A stretch of 63,770 nucleotides of DNA, the filler included, from Octopus bimaculoides (lineage: Eukaryota): NCBI RefSeq assembly GCF_001194135.2. It is 6 parts of 6 records of this genome, joined end to end, with 100 filler letters (N's around TTAATTAATTAA, not from the genome) between each part and the next. Parts side by side here need not be neighbours in the genome. Positions count along the whole stretch, not along the records: positions 1 to 18,408 come from NC_068984.1; 5 more parts are not named here. One strand, given 5' to 3'. The notes beneath the pieces are model-generated. The model was not told the origin of the DNA and ran no database searches. It saw only the letters and a list, made by a program, of their open reading frames with translations. The position numbers and the translations under genes were made by a program. Positions 1 through 13,483 of the stretch are shown here, in pieces. How positions within the stretch are numbered: position 1 is the stretch's first letter; each line of letters starts with the position of its first letter.

Positions 1-13
1 ATATATATATACA

Positions 14-409
14 TAGGTGCAGGTGTGGCTGTGTGGTAAGAAGCTACCTTCCCACTGGGTTCAGTCACACACACCATGGGAAATGTCTTCTGCTACAGCC
101 TTGAGCCAAACAAAGACTCTTGAGCAGATTTGATAGATGGAAACTGAAATAACCTGTTGTATGTATATGTATCTATATATGTGTGTGTGTCTTTGTGTCT
201 CTGTTTGTCTGACACCCCCATGACCACTTGACAACTGGTGTTGGTGTGTTTGTGTCCCTGTAACTTAGTGGTGCAGCAAAAGAGACTGATAGAATAAGTA
301 CTAGGCTTAAAAATAATTCCTGGTGTCAATTTGTTTGACTGAACCCTCTCAGGCTGGTACTCCAACATGGCCACAGTCAAATGCTTGAAACAAGTATAAG
401 AATAAAAGA

Positions 410-410
<1 letters not shown>
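14..410 (+). mobile_element. tRNA-derived SINE, family A (bipartite, internal microsatellite, GTAAAAGA-type tail)
   Basis: Head GGTGCAGGTGTGGCTGTGTGGTAAG..., 3' half ...GTAACTTAG...GATAGAATAAGTACTAGGCTT...CCAACATGGCCACAGTCAAATG...; the same layout recurs more than 10 times in the window. Confidence 0.85.
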
Positions 411-459
<49 letters not shown>

Positions 460-462
460 TTG

Positions 463-1690
463 CACAGACATGCCAGAAATAAAGAGACACCCTTATAATC
501 ATTGAAATTTATTCAAGTCTGAAATTATTCAAATTATCTTTTTAATTGTTATAATGTGAATATTCAATATTTAGTAGACACACCCTTTGCATTTTTCAAT
601 GCAAGGACCCTATTAGGAATGTTACTGATCGGATGACAAATATTCTCTTGCAGAATTTCTTGCCAAGTTTCATGCAATAATCTCAAAATATCTGGCTTTG
701 AAGATTCTTTCTTGTTCTTTTTATGAAGTGTTCTGTCCGTTATGTCCCAGAGGTGTCTAATAGGGTTCATATCTGATGACTGGCTTGGCCATGAAAGCTT
801 TTTAATGCCATTCTCATTCAACAAATATTGGGTTATTTTAGCCATATGACAAGGAGCCCCATCTTCCATAAATAAAGAGTCTTCTTTAATCATTTCACCA
901 CTGGAGAAGATTGGAAGGAGTCCTTTCTGCAATATGGACACATATTTATCTGAGTTTATGTTTCCCTCACACTCTACCAGCTCTGATCAACCATTGCTCC
1001 AAATTGCTCTCCACACCATCATAGAATAGCTGCCATGTTTCATTGCTGGCTGCAATCTTTTCATATCAAATTCTTGATCACAGAGTCTCCAGACCAACAC
1101 TCAATCACTGTCAGGAAGTACAGCAAATCTGGACTCATCAGAGAATATGATGGTGTCAAAAATGCTAGTGGCTGCCTCTCCATTTCACTGGCCCAATCTT
1201 TTCTCCGCTTGATGTTGGCTGGTCGAAAAAGTGGTTTCATTCTTGCTGCTCTGCCATACTAACCAAGTTCATGGGGATACCTGACAGCTGTTCAGGGACT
1301 GATTTGAACTTGTTCTGCTATGTCAGAGGCCTTGCAACAAGGATTATCCGCCACACTTCTCTTAAAAAAGAGAGGTTTCTGGCTGATCTGGGCGAGGTAA
1401 TGTGAACTCCCTTCCTTCTCTGGTGAATCACACAGTCACTCTATTAACTGCAGAAAGTGGGATCCCAAGCCTTTTTGCAATTTTATTCTATGTCCACCTT
1501 CAGAAAGACCTACAATATGGCCTCTTAGAAATTCAGACAGTTCCAAGGTTTCTTTTGTACATGGCATTATTAAACATATAGAAACTGAAAGATAAAAGTT
1601 TCAATTAATAAAGAAATATAAACCTTTACAATTCAGAATAAACATAAAATGTTGTTTTATGGAGTGTCTATTAATTCTGTCATGCCTGTG
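463..1690 (-). mobile_element. Full-length decayed Tc1 (DD34E) DNA transposon
   Basis: Imperfect ~30-bp TIRs at 463-492 (CACAGACATGCCAGAAATAAAGAGACACCC) and 1661-1690 (reverse complement CACAGGCATGACAGAATTAATAGACACTCC), with TA at 1691-1692. Minus-strand motifs FSDESRF (~1130-1155) and FMEDGAPCH...WPSQSSDMNPIRHLW (ORF 564-941) have 34 residues between the second D and the E position, which is mutated to R. Confidence 0.9.
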
Positions 1691-2240
1691 TACCTATGTA
1701 TGNNNNNNNNNNNNNNNNNNNNNNNNNNNNNNNNNNNNNNNNNNNNNNNNNNNNNNNNNNNNNNNNNNNNNNNNNNNNNNNNNNNNNNNNNNNNNNNNNN
1801 NNNNNNNNNNNNNNNNNNNNNNNNNNNNNNNNNNNNNNNNNNNNNNNNNNNNNTATATATATATATATGTGCATATGGCATCCAAAAAACCCTGGATCCA
1901 ATAACACAGTTTGCAAACTCTATGCTTGGAATGACCAATTCTAAGTACTATTAGAACTTACACACAAGGTACAGGAAACTTTTATGTATACCATTCTGCT
2001 TAAATAATGGAACTGAAGATACAATATCCCTGCATATCTCACGTATGTTTTCATTCCTCCACTTCACTCTCTATTTCATATCTTCTCTAGAATAACTTAT
2101 GCTTAACCATTTTCTCTCACCGTCTCCAATGAAGGGATATATAAAATATCCCGAAAACAGCTGTAAGACCTCTTTATAAATCTTCTGAGATCTTTCACAA
2201 CCTTGAATGTTGATCTCATTCTGTTAATTTTTTATATATA

Positions 2241-2335
<95 letters not shown>

Positions 2336-2454
2336 GAACACACATACACATATGCTGCAGAACATTTTGAAAACATTGTCGAAGAAGAAAAGAAGAGAAA
2401 TAGTTATGAATGAGAGTCCTACTAACTCCAGCCAAGTTTTTCACCAGCCATGTA

Positions 2455-2680
2455 AATGGCACCTGTGCATTGCAGTCATGGTCGTTGCCGGTGACATGTA
2501 AATGGTACCCAAGCCAGTGGCATATGAAAGCACCCATCATACTACTGGAGCAGTTGATGTAGGGATGGGCATCCAGCAGTAGAAACCATGCCAAATCAGA
2601 CTGGAACCTGGGGCAACTCTCTGGCTCATTAGCTCCAGTCGAACTGTTTAACCCATGTCAACATGTTAAATGATGATGAA
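2455..2680 (+). mobile_element. SINE-like repeat, family C (GGGCATCCAGC.GTAGAAAC core, (GAT)n tail)
   Basis: GGGATGGGCATCCAGCAGTAGAAACCATGCCAAATCAGACTGG...AACCCATG...TAAATGATGATGA, shared with the copies at 8.5, 14.7, 38.8, 40.0, 41.1 and 43.3 kb. Confidence 0.75.
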
Positions 2681-2799
2681 AGAAAATGGTGGTCTCCCTG
2701 TGCTTCCTCATTTTCAGTGGTGTTTCTGACTTTCTGTCCATGACACCTTAGATGATTATTCAATTCCCCTGTGGATCTGCATGACTTGAAGCATAAGTA

Positions 2800-3330
2800 T
2801 CAAATAAATGTTGTAACTTCCATAGGATCGATCAGGTCACTTTTTTGTAGTATATGATGTTTGTGTACTGCCACATATATTTCTTTTTTCAGACCAAAAA
2901 TTGACTTGCACACTTTTCCATATATTGCACACATTAAATCACCTGATCTAGAAGAGAGCATATTTCTTGTAGTTGATCTTTCAAGGGACTTCAAATGGTT
3001 GACATAGCCAGCCTAAAAATGAAATATATGATCACACATTTCCGACGCAAGTGCTTTATGCTTTCATTCAGATTTCGATGACAGCCTTTCCAAAACCTTG
3101 TGCTCAAAGCTACCCTCTTCAAAAGTTTCACAGTTTTCCCTAATGAGTTTCCTCCACTAGCTCTTCCCAGTTCTTTATATCGATTTGCAATTCCTTCAGT
3201 TTGCCTTTTATGCAATCTTTGTCTTTGTACTTTTATCTTAGTTTATGATGCGGTTGCTTACTAGTGTTCAGCTTACCACAGAACAGATGCCTTGAAAATC
3301 TATTGTCTTCAGCACGTACAACATGGCCTG
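2800..3330 (-). mobile_element. Decayed 3' end of an RTE-like non-LTR retrotransposon ORF
   Basis: Minus-strand frames give KDCIKGKLKELQIDIKNWEEL followed by CAIYGKVCKSIFGLKK..H..H, matching the RTE C-terminal pattern KD..K..LK...ID...WE plus a degenerate C2H2 finger; many stops and frameshifts. Confidence 0.6.
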
Positions 3331-3745
3331 CTCAATGCATCTGTATGTACATGTATATACATATATATGTGTGTGTGTATACACACACAAACGTGTGAGT
3401 AGGACAGGTTTCTGAAATATGTAATGCAACTATTATTATATTAAACACATAGTAACCCTCTACTTGATATCATTGTTTTGATATTTTATTCAATACAATA
3501 TATGATTTTAAAAATTGTCTGCTACTACACTCTATTCTCCAAGTACTGCAATTGTATTGAACTTCCTCAAAGTCTACTTACATGAAAGAATACTTGCTTT
3601 AAGCAAATTGCCAGAATTTTACTCTTGAAAACTGAATAAATATTTGCATTGAAGATCTGTTCAGATTTCTGATATCACTGTTGTTTATACTTTTGTGATT
3701 ATACACATACATACATGCATAAGTACAAGTATGTATGTACATATA

Positions 3746-3825
<80 letters not shown>

Positions 3826-3859
3826 GGGAAGAGAGAGAGAGAGAGGGATAGAGAGAGAG

Positions 3860-4743
3860 AGGATGCGATGAATATATTGCCATCTAAATTATGCAAAAAT
3901 GAAAATAAAACTGACATCTCATTTTAACAGATATATTTACCAAAATTACATAAAAGTATCTTGAAATACTAAAGAGTAAATTTATTCAATAAGATAGCCA
4001 TTGGCTTCAACCACAGCCTCCAGATGACTTCGGAATCCCCTGCAATTCTTCTGGATGGTTTCCTTGTTTAAGTTTGTGAATGCTGCCATAATCCTTGCCT
4101 TCAGTTCATCTTTTGTGTTGCAAGGAATTTTGTTGGTCTCTTGCTCTACTGTGTTCCACACATGATTATCAATAGCGTTGCAGTTGGGGGTAGTTAGGTT
4201 GCAAGATGTTAGGAGTGATGTGGTCACAGAAATCGTCTGACAGATATGACTGGGTTCTCTTTCTTGTGTGGCATGCTGCAGAATCTTGTTGCCAGTCATA
4301 GGGTCTTCAGGCAGCCACCCTCTTGACCCAGGGCAACACTGCCTCCTCCAGGCACTTGATGTAGGCCTCCATGTTGAGTTTGAGGCCGTGTAAGAAGATG
4401 AATGGAGGCATAACGTTGCCATCACTAGTGATCACACCAAACACCATGATGCTGACTAGATATTTGATTTTTGTCACTCTTGGTACATGTTTTGAGGATA
4501 TGGCAAGCCAACACTTGTTCTGTGTGTTCATCATCTGTTCGTATTGGAGCCACTGACACCAATGCCAAGCAGTACAGTATGTCACTTCCAAATGTCTGGC
4601 AGAGTGAATTGCGTCATGGCACTGTTTTTCTCACAGATGGTGCCCAAATGACCCTACTATACTGTGTAGTCAACAAAATCAAAAACAAGGCACATCCACG
4701 AAATTAAGAATATAAAACGGTGACAATCTTCCTATCACACCCG

Positions 4744-4746
<3 letters not shown>
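3860..4746 (-). mobile_element. Internally deleted Tc1/mariner maT (DD37D) element
   Basis: VSIMVFGVITSDGNVMPPFIF..., WQQDSAACH...NCNAIDNHVW with 37 residues between the Ds after correcting a 1-nt frameshift in the G-run near 4186-4190, and the C-terminal FRSHLEAVVEANG. Imperfect TIRs at ~3860-3884 and 4719-4746; most of the N-terminal DNA-binding domain is missing. Confidence 0.85.
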
Positions 4747-4803
<57 letters not shown>

Positions 4804-5779
4804 GTGTGTGTGTGTATGTTTATGTGCATGTTTAAGTATAAATATGTATACATACATGCATACACATATACATATATATATATATATACATACATATACA
4901 TATAAATATAAATATAAATATATATACATATATATATANNNNNNNNNNNNNNNNNNNNNNNNNNNNNNNNNNNNNNNNNNNNNNNNNNNNNNNNNNNNNN
5001 NNNNNNNNNNNNNNNNNNNNNNNNNNNNNNNNNNNNNNNNNNNNNNNNNNNNNNNNNNNNNNNNNNNNNNNNNNNNNNNNNNNNNNNNNNNNNNNNNNNN
5101 NNNNNNNNNNNNNNNNNNNNNNNNNNNNNNNNNNNNNNNNNNNNNNNNNNNNNNNNNNNNNNNNNNNNNNNNNNNNNNNNNNNNNNNNNNNNNNNNNNNN
5201 NNNNNNNNNNNNNNNNNNNNNNNNNNNNNNNNNNNNNNNNNNNNNNNNNNNNNATGATCTAGAACAGGTAACCACTTACTTATATTTTTTTTATCTATTT
5301 TGCTTCTGTATTTGTGTCGAATGATAATTTTTAATGTGAAATTGTGTGACACAAAAGATTTGTTTTATCTCAAGAGGAGAATTTTGCTGATATGAACCAC
5401 ACATATACCGGTTCTGTTTCACTCTTTATTAAAATTACTCAACTATTTAACCTTTTAACCAATTAGCTAATCAATTGCTTGATTAATTTTTCAATCAATC
5501 AATCAGCTCTGTTTATCTGAGTCCTTTTGTTGTTGTTTGTGACCTTATCAACTGACATGCCCTCGATACTCCAGGTCTGTTTGTTTCGTAGTTTACAGAT
5601 TCTATATTTATATTTACGAGGACGTGTGTGAAAATGAGAGACAGAAGAGAGGGAAGTGAGAGAGAGATAGAGATTGAATGTGTGTGCTTGTGTGCATCTC
5701 TGTGCTTATGCATGATACGGGTTCTCTAAGAGGTGTAAGTGTATAATTTTTTCTTATTTACTGTTCCTATAGTGCTGTC

Positions 5780-5935
5780 ATGGCTGTGTGGTAAGAAGCT
5801 GGCTTCCCAACCACCTGGTTTGGAGTTCAGTCCCACTGTGTGGCACTTTTGACTAGTATCTTCGACTATAGACTCAGGTGAGTAGATTTGAATCTTGTGA
5901 ATGGATTTGATTGACACAAACTGAAAGACGCCTAT
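5780..5935 (+). mobile_element. SINE family A, 5' half
   Basis: CATGGCTGTGTGGTAAGAAGCTGGCTTCCCAACCAC..GGTTTGGAGTTCAGTCCCACTG...AAACTGAAAGA. Confidence 0.75.
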
Positions 5936-6699
5936 TGTATAAATATGTGTGTATATATATATATGTGTATATATATGTATATATATGTATATAGATAGAT
6001 AGATAGATAGATATGATCAATGTATCATATATCCTAAAAAGAAGCATACTCTAAAGCAGTGTTCTGCAACCATTTTTCACTTGCAGTACACTTATATTCT
6101 TTTCAAAATTTGGTGGCACAAATAATATAACTAAAAGCATAGGGAAAAAAATGATATCCAGTTTACACTGTGGAACACCTAGCATCGTCTCATGGCACAT
6201 CTCTACTACTACTACTACTACTCCTACTACTACTATTACTGCTGCTGCTGCTATTTTGGTGGTGGTGGTGATGATGGCAAGCTGGCTGAATTGTTAGTAT
6301 ACTGGACAACATGTTTAGTGGCATTTCATTCACCTTTATGTTCTGAAATCAACATTACCTTTTATTCTTTTGAAGTCAAGGAAATAAATATAAGTTGAAC
6401 ACCGGTGTCGATGTAAGCAACAAATTCCTTTCCTAAATATTTCAGGTCTTGTGCCTATAGTAGAAAAAATATTGTTACTATTATCTTCATCTCCAAGATA
6501 CTAGATAACCGGTAAATCTAGGGGCTCATTTGACTAAAATACCAGGTGTTGGTTTAGGATCTTTTTACATCCTGGGTTCAAATTCCACCTGTCATATTTA
6601 CTTTTCATCCCTTCTCAGTCAATGAAATGAGCTCGAGCTGTTATTCTTTGTGTATGTGTTAAATTGCTTGAAGAGTTGCATCCTCCAGCAAAATGCCTT

Positions 6700-6912
6700 A
6701 CTCTTTACTCTTTTACTCTTTTACTTGTTTCAGTCATTTGACTGTGGCCATGCCGGAGCACCGCCTTTAGTCGAGCAAATCGACCCCGGGACTTATTCTT
6801 TGTAAGCCTAGTACTTATTTTATCAGTCGCTTTTGCCAAACCGCTAAATGATGGGGACATAAACACACCAGCATTGGTTGTCAAGCAATGCTAGGGGGAC
6901 AAACACACACAA

Positions 6913-6977
<65 letters not shown>

Positions 6978-7150
6978 TATTTATATATATACGACGGGCT
7001 TCTTTCAGTTTCCGTCTACCAAATCCACTCACAAGGCTTTGGTTGGCTCGAAGCTATAGTAGAAGACACTTGCCCAAGATGCCACGCAGTGGGACTAAAC
7101 CCAGAACCATGTGGTTGGTAAGCAAGCTACTTACCACACAGCCATTCCTG
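6700..7150 (-). mobile_element. SINE family A, complete copy
   Basis: Both halves are present with a central (CA)n(TA)n and a (TACTCTTT)n tail on the + strand. Confidence 0.9.
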
Positions 7151-8489
7151 TGCTACTCCTTGTGTAGAATTTGTTTAACTTCTGTATTATTTGAGTTCAA
7201 ATCAGACTAAAATCATCTTTGACTTTTATCTACTTCTGAGTTGATATGTTAAAATACGAGTCATGCAAACATTGGAAGTGAATAAACAAGTAACTGCACT
7301 CCTAGAATTTTGGTCTTGTGCCTATTGCCGCAATAATAAAGCCAAACAGCTAGATGCTTGGTCAGACACCATGAGTAAAATACCATAGTGTCACATGATC
7401 AGTCTATAAATCGACCAATCAGTGTGGGGCTGCAGCATGATATGGTTTTCTTGAATGTCCTTCTTGCTTTTCTAATCACAGAGTGTTGTCGGTAGCTGAA
7501 TTACTTGTACCTTCATTCATGCTATACAGACAGTTCTGGGTACATGCACAGACAACTGCAGGCTCTCAGACAGACCCATTCTTAACATTCACACGTTTGT
7601 CTCATAAGTAACTTCTATGGATGCATTGTAGCTTTTCTTTCTCTCAGTTGGCAATTATTACATTGTTCATTGTAAATAACCAACACCATATACATTTATG
7701 TTCAGCAATAGATATTCTGTTAAAGGTTCATGAGCTTTCTTCAGTTATTATTCATGCAGCCAATGAAATATATCTTCATTTTCCTGCTACTCAAGTGACA
7801 AGCAACCAGTGATGCTATGTTAGAAACATCTGGATGGCTTGAATCGTTAAGGCATTAGACAAAATGTCTACTTTAGTATTAGCTCCAGGTCTTTACATTC
7901 TGATTTCAAATTCCACTTATATCTATTTTAGCTTTCATCCTACCGGTGTCAATGAATTAAAGTACCATAAAAAGAATTTACTCCCCTCAAATGACTGCAA
8001 ATCAATAAAATTTATATTTTCAATATTATTGTCTGACAATGGTAAAAAGCTATAAACTCTACGAGTCTTTTTTTTTTTTTTTTTTCAATTCCAAGTAAGT
8101 CTCTAATACAGCCACCAATAAGCACAGGAAATCAAGTTGTGAGTAATCTGTCATGGCTAGTTGACCAAGGCCATAGATTGTTTTTGTAGCCCCAAATCAA
8201 TCCCAAGCATCTGGTGAGCATTTATTCAATACCATCACCTTCATTTTTTGACTAGTACTATATTTTATCAAACTCAAAATGATAAAAGACAAAATTGACA
8301 GTGACGTAGTTTGAACTCAGAATGTGATGAACTGGAAATACAAAAAAGCACTTTTTTTGACACTCGGAAAATTCTGCTAATCCTCAACCTTTATTGCAGC
8401 CCCTATCAGTTCCACGTACTTCTCAAGACTTTTGCTCACTGTTCCCAGGGCTCTGACATTTATTGATACTACTGCGACCTTTTTTATCG

Positions 8490-8765
8490 ACCATCATCAT
8501 CATCGTCGTTTAACGTCCGCTTTCCATGCTAGCATGGGTTGGACGATTTGACTGAGGACTGGTGAAACCGGATGGCGACACCAGGCTCCAATCCAATTTG
8601 GCAGAGTTTCTACAGCTGGATGCCCTTCCTAACGCCAACCACTCAGAGAGTGTAGTGGGTGCTTTTATGTGTCACCCGCACGAAGGCCAGTCAGGTGGTA
8701 CTGGCAACAGCCACGCTCATCTCGCTCGAGAAACCTCATGTGTCACCCGCACAAGAGCCAGCCCA
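8490..8765 (-). mobile_element. SINE-like family C copy
   Basis: (CAT)n tail, CCATGCTAGCATGG, GAGTTTCTACAGCTGGATGCCCTTCCTAACGCCAACCAC. Confidence 0.8.
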
Positions 8766-8866
8766 CAACTGCTTAATTTTCCAAGCTAACCTGTCATATC
8801 TCTCAACTTTTCTTTCTTCCTTATCACATACCTTGTTGTTGGCTGGGCATGCTATATCTATGATCC

Positions 8867-8867
<1 letters not shown>
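8765..8867 (-). mobile_element. R4/Dong-like retrotransposon, endonuclease fragment
   Basis: WIIDIACPANNKVCDKEERKVERYDRLAWKIKQLW; the nucleotides align with the 10990-11115 part of the nearby copy. Confidence 0.75.
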
Positions 8868-8897
<30 letters not shown>

Positions 8898-8956
8898 GTT
8901 ATTATTATTATTGTTATTATTATTATTATTATTATTATTGTTATTATTACTATTAT

Positions 8957-9860
8957 TCTCTTTCAATTTGTTTCCATTTCTTGCTGAGTGTCTTCCCAAT
9001 ACCTAGGGTAAAGAAACTCACTGTATATATTGGTAGGCCATTAAAATAAACAAACCACATTATTCATTTTCAAAGTCATGTGATAGAGAAAAGGGAAGAA
9101 AGACTGAAGAAAAGAAAAAAGTGAAAATAAAGGAAAACAAAGAAAATTCACAGTGACAATGCACTTCTCAATAGGTGTGATGTACCAATTAAATCAATCT
9201 TTTGCAATTCCTGTGTAGATGGTAAGCTAGGGATCATCCTCAAATAATTTTCAGTTCCCTTTTTGGTCATTCCAAGTGCTCCTACAATCACAGGTATTGT
9301 AACCATTTTGAAATGCCAGATTTTTCCGATTTCAATCAACAAATCTTTATATTGTCTGACCCTATCAAATTCTTTGGCTGAAATATTATGATCACAAGGT
9401 ATGTTCATGTCAATCAATAAACAGATTTTATTGTTTTGGTCTTTCATAACAATATCAGGTTTATTAGCTTTGCTGGTCTGGTCTGTATTTACTGGAAAGT
9501 TCNNNNNNNNNNTGCTGGTCTGGTCTGTATTTACTGGAAAGTTCCAAAGAACTGTTATATTCCCCCCCCCCCTCAATTACAGCGTTAGGATGTTGCTTGT
9601 ACCTTCTGTCTGCAATTTTGATTTTATAATGCTGACATTCTCCAGTGTAGATATTGGCTCAGTCTGTCATGTCAAGATTTATATTCTGCTGGTGCTACAA
9701 CCTCACAACCAAAGATTAGGTGGTCCACTGTTTCAATTTAATATCTGCAGTATCAACACTTTGGTTCTACTCCATTTTTCATCACGTTGGTTTGCTAATT
9801 CTGGATCAATAAGCTCTGATCTTGAGCAGCTAAGATAAAGCCTTCACTCTCTGCCTAATA

Positions 9861-9862
<2 letters not shown>
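8957..9862 (-). mobile_element. 5'-truncated R4/Dong-like non-LTR retrotransposon (CCHC + restriction-like endonuclease + 3'UTR)
   Basis: EGFILAAQDQSL, C..C...ETVDHLIFGC (CCHC), KPDIVMKDQ..ICLLID..P.D.N..KE...QYKDL..EI..IW...PVIVGALG...QKI.LIGTSHLLR; flanked by (AAT)n on both sides. Confidence 0.9.
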
Positions 9863-9892
<30 letters not shown>

Positions 9893-9942
9893 GTGACTAT
9901 TTCAGGGGTAAAAATATGTTTGTATGTAAATGNNNNNNNNNN

Positions 9943-9978
<36 letters not shown>

Positions 9979-10926
9979 TATGTGTGTCTATATTTATGTA
10001 TATGTGTGGGTATTTGTGTGTTCTTTCTGAATCAATAGTATCATCAAACATCTCCCAATCAACTTTTACTTCCTCAAGCTAAAAGTCAACTTATATAATG
10101 TCATGCAAAAAACACCATAACCTCCTAATAGCTCATCACACTGATGAAAATATAATTTCTTTGAGTGTTTCGAGGCTTTGGTTTCTCTTGGAAATAATGT
10201 TATTTAAGCAATTTGTAAAGAGAAACAGAGATGTGCAATTTCAGAGTTACATTAGAATAATCTTCTCGTGCATACACACTGAAATTGGCTTGCTAAGTCT
10301 CGAAGCAACAAAAGTCTATGACCCAATCAAACACATCAAAGCTACTGGTGCTACTGATGCTGCTCCACCTACTAACAACAACAATATCAACAACATAAAG
10401 ATCAAAACAGTAACAGCAACTGTTTCTAATTTTAGTATAAGGTTTGCAATAGCAAGGAGAGGTGGGTTAGTAAATTACATTGACTCAATATTTAAGCTGC
10501 TACTTAATTCTATGAACTCCAGAGGGATCAAAGAACAAGTTTATTTTGGTAAGACTTAATTTTATGTTGTAAAGAGCCTGAACAAATACTGCATGGTATT
10601 TTGTCTGAAAATCTAACGGTTATCCAATGGGCTTGTGATATCACTTTTAGCAAAGCGAAAGGTGAAGTGTACTAATGCTAGCACTCGACTGGTGCCTTAT
10701 TCTCCTGACTACAGAAGGATAAAAGCAAAGTTGACCTTAGCAAGGAGTTGAACACAGAAATTAAGTGGATATTATTATTGTTCTGAGTTCAAATTCCACA
10801 AAGGTCAACTTTGCCTTTCATCATTTCGGGGTGTCAATAAATTAAGTACTAGTGAAAAACTGGGGACGCTATAATCGACTAGTCCCCACCCAACAAATTT
10901 GAGGACTTGTGCCTCCAGTAGAAAGG

Positions 10927-10956
<30 letters not shown>

Positions 10957-10958
<2 letters not shown>

Positions 10959-11731
10959 ATGTACCCAGGGATCCAACAATTATTGAAACTACTACCACCT
11001 TTTTCAGTGACGACAACTGCTTAACCTCCCAAGCTAACCTGTTTTATCTATCAACTTTTCTTTTTCCTTATCTCATACCTTGTTGTCAGCAGGACATCCT
11101 ATATCTATGATCCAGTATTATTTGCTTTCTTTCTCAATTAGCACTATGTCTGGTTTCCTATTCTCTATGTCATGATTGCACTGAATCATAAAATCCATAG
11201 GATCTTGCATTATCATTTTCGATGATGCATTCGTGTTTATGATTGTACCACTCTTTTGCTCTGTCAAGTCCATACTTGATGCAAAGTGTTCAATGGACAA
11301 TCCCTGCTATGTTGTCATGACGTTTCTTATATTCTTTCTGGGCTAGTAGTATACATTGACTGGTAATATGCCATACAGTTTCACCATTTTGTTCACAAAT
11401 ACTGCACTTATCACCTTCTGGTGTGTTATCTGTTCTCTATTTGATGTAATCGGTTCATAATTCTTACTCTTGGGCAGCACAGATTAAAGCCTGCATTTCC
11501 AGTTTTAAATCTCTTTAAGTCATCCATAGCCATCTTTTTACTCTGTCTGTCATATCTTCAACATCACTATGAAATTATTCATACATTCTTTTCTTTATTC
11601 ACTTATTTTCAGTTTCATTCATTTTCACGTGCTTGTACAATGCTTTATCTTTGCAATCTTCCATTTTACTCAAGCCTGACCTTCTTACTTTTAATAATAG
11701 CGGTTCTTGGTGAATAGTCTTTCAGTGTCAC
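10957..11731 (-). mobile_element. R4/Dong-like retrotransposon fragment, second subfamily
   Basis: LICAAQE, KCSICEQNGETVWHITSQC (CCHC), RHDNIAGIVH, DFMIQCNHDIENRKPDIVLIEKESK, IIVGSLGT; (ATT)n on the + strand at 10928-10956 and 11733-11826. Confidence 0.85.
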
Positions 11732-11753
11732 TTTATTATTACTATTATTATTA

Positions 11754-11817
<64 letters not shown>

Positions 11818-11834
11818 CATTATTATTTTAAAAA

Positions 11835-13483
11835 GGATTGACGTAACTCTTCACGAAGGTATATAGTCAAGACGAAGAGCGCGATTCGATTGTATAAATG
11901 TTTTATTCGTTGAACAATATTTCCACAGTACATCTGTCTTTGCCGGGTTCAAAACAAAAGGTGATTAAAAATTCAAAATTTCAGAAATTTAAACATCAAG
12001 TATGAACGAAAGTAACCAGCGTCCATACGTTGATGGAATGACATCATCAGTTTTTAAGTTTTATAACAGGCAGAAAGAAAGAAAAAATAGAAAAAGGAAG
12101 ACGACAGAAAAAAAAAGGAAAGAAAAAGAGAGAAAGAAGAATATTCAATCAAACAGTTTTGCATAAATTTGATGATATTCTCCTGTCATCATATTCATTC
12201 CTCCAAGGCGTGATGTTAATAACCCGCAAACACACCTCTCCTCATACATTTTGAGAGGTGAAAGTGGGGTAGACTCAGAATATTTTTCGAGAACATGCAC
12301 CTTCAAGTCTTCTTCAAAACTGCAGCCGCCTGAAACGAAATGTTCAGCAAGCTCTGCCGAACCACTGTTCCCGTATCTGACGTCGAATCTGTGCCCATTA
12401 AACCCCTTGTCCAATTGCTCTGCTGCACAACGAACACAAATCAAGCTGTGCTTCGTGCACTTTGCAGCGCACACCAAATGGGAATCCCCACATGCTCCCC
12501 CCTCTGTACAAATCATAACACCTCTGCTATGATTTCTGATGGAACTCACTCCACTCACGCTGCTGCACAATGAACAGGGCTGTTCCTCAAGGTACATCGT
12601 GCAGACACTCCAACGTTCGTTTGTTTGGAGTCAGATACAGAGGTCAATAATTCTTTTATGTTCTTATTCCGTCGAAAGGCTACAATGGGCGGCTGTGGAA
12701 ATATCTGTTTGAAACTGGGATTCTCCTTCGCCACATGCTGGTAACTCTCATGCAACACCCCCGAAATGCCAGCGAAATGTCGGTGCCAGCCAATCACCAA
12801 AGGATCCCTGTCATCCATTGCATTTTGTTTGCCAAAATTACGTATGTAGGCTTGACTATCCTTGCCAATCCTAGCCATTTCATTTGCCATTTCCTTTAAA
12901 CGTGATTCAATGTAACCTCGTTTAACATAATGACATAAAAATGCATTTGCATGTTTCCAGTAATCCCCTATATCAGTACAAATCCGTTTTATCCTAAAAA
13001 ATTGTGATTTCGGATTTGACCGAATAAGATGATGTGGATGATCGGAGCGGAGGTGGAGATGAATGTGGGATGACGTTGGCTTGCAAAATAACTCTGTCAC
13101 TATTCTGCCTCCAGAAAACTTGACTTTTGTGTCCAAAAATTCAACGCTAGTTTTTGAAAAACTAGACGTAAATTTTATGTTGGATTTAAAGCCATAGTTT
13201 CTAGCATAACAATCACAGAAATGCAGAAGTCCATTAAACTATCCTGTGATCCTTTCCAGACAAAAAGTACGTCGTCGATGAACCGTAACCAGAGTATTGG
13301 TTCATGACCATGAGGAGATTTGAATGTCTTCAGTAACTGTGTCTCGAATTTCGTCATAAATACATTAGCGAAATTAACTGCCATGGGGGGTAACCATGGC
13401 GCAACCCTTCGTCTAGTGGTAAAATCTCTGTCTAAACTTCATTGTGTTACTTTCTATCACAAACCTCAATAATCTAACAGATA
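11835..13483 (-). mobile_element. 5'-truncated Penelope-like retroelement (RT C-half + degenerate GIY-YIG endonuclease)
   Basis: MAVNFANVFM, WLRFIDDVLFVW (RT catalytic motif), VEFLDTKV, FCKPT...HL..RSDHP, FRIKRICT, PPIVAFRRNKNIKELL, a Cys-rich linker, and FNGHR..AEHF..LKVHVLE..GMN; frameshifts are present. Confidence 0.92.

Noticed and set aside
1110-1150. CTGATGAGTCC on the minus strand, resembling a hammerhead core
   Set aside because: It is the SDES codons of the Tc1 FSDESRF motif, with no downstream GAAA stem.
10098-10559. 153-aa ORF with a donor at ~10547
   Set aside because: Its 3' part is an antisense decayed family B SINE and the middle is an (AAC)-rich tract.
11915-11950. Hammerhead-like hairpin (ACAG atgta CTGT...GAAA) at the Penelope 3' end
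   Set aside because: The CUGANGA core is too degenerate (GCAAAGA) to support a call.
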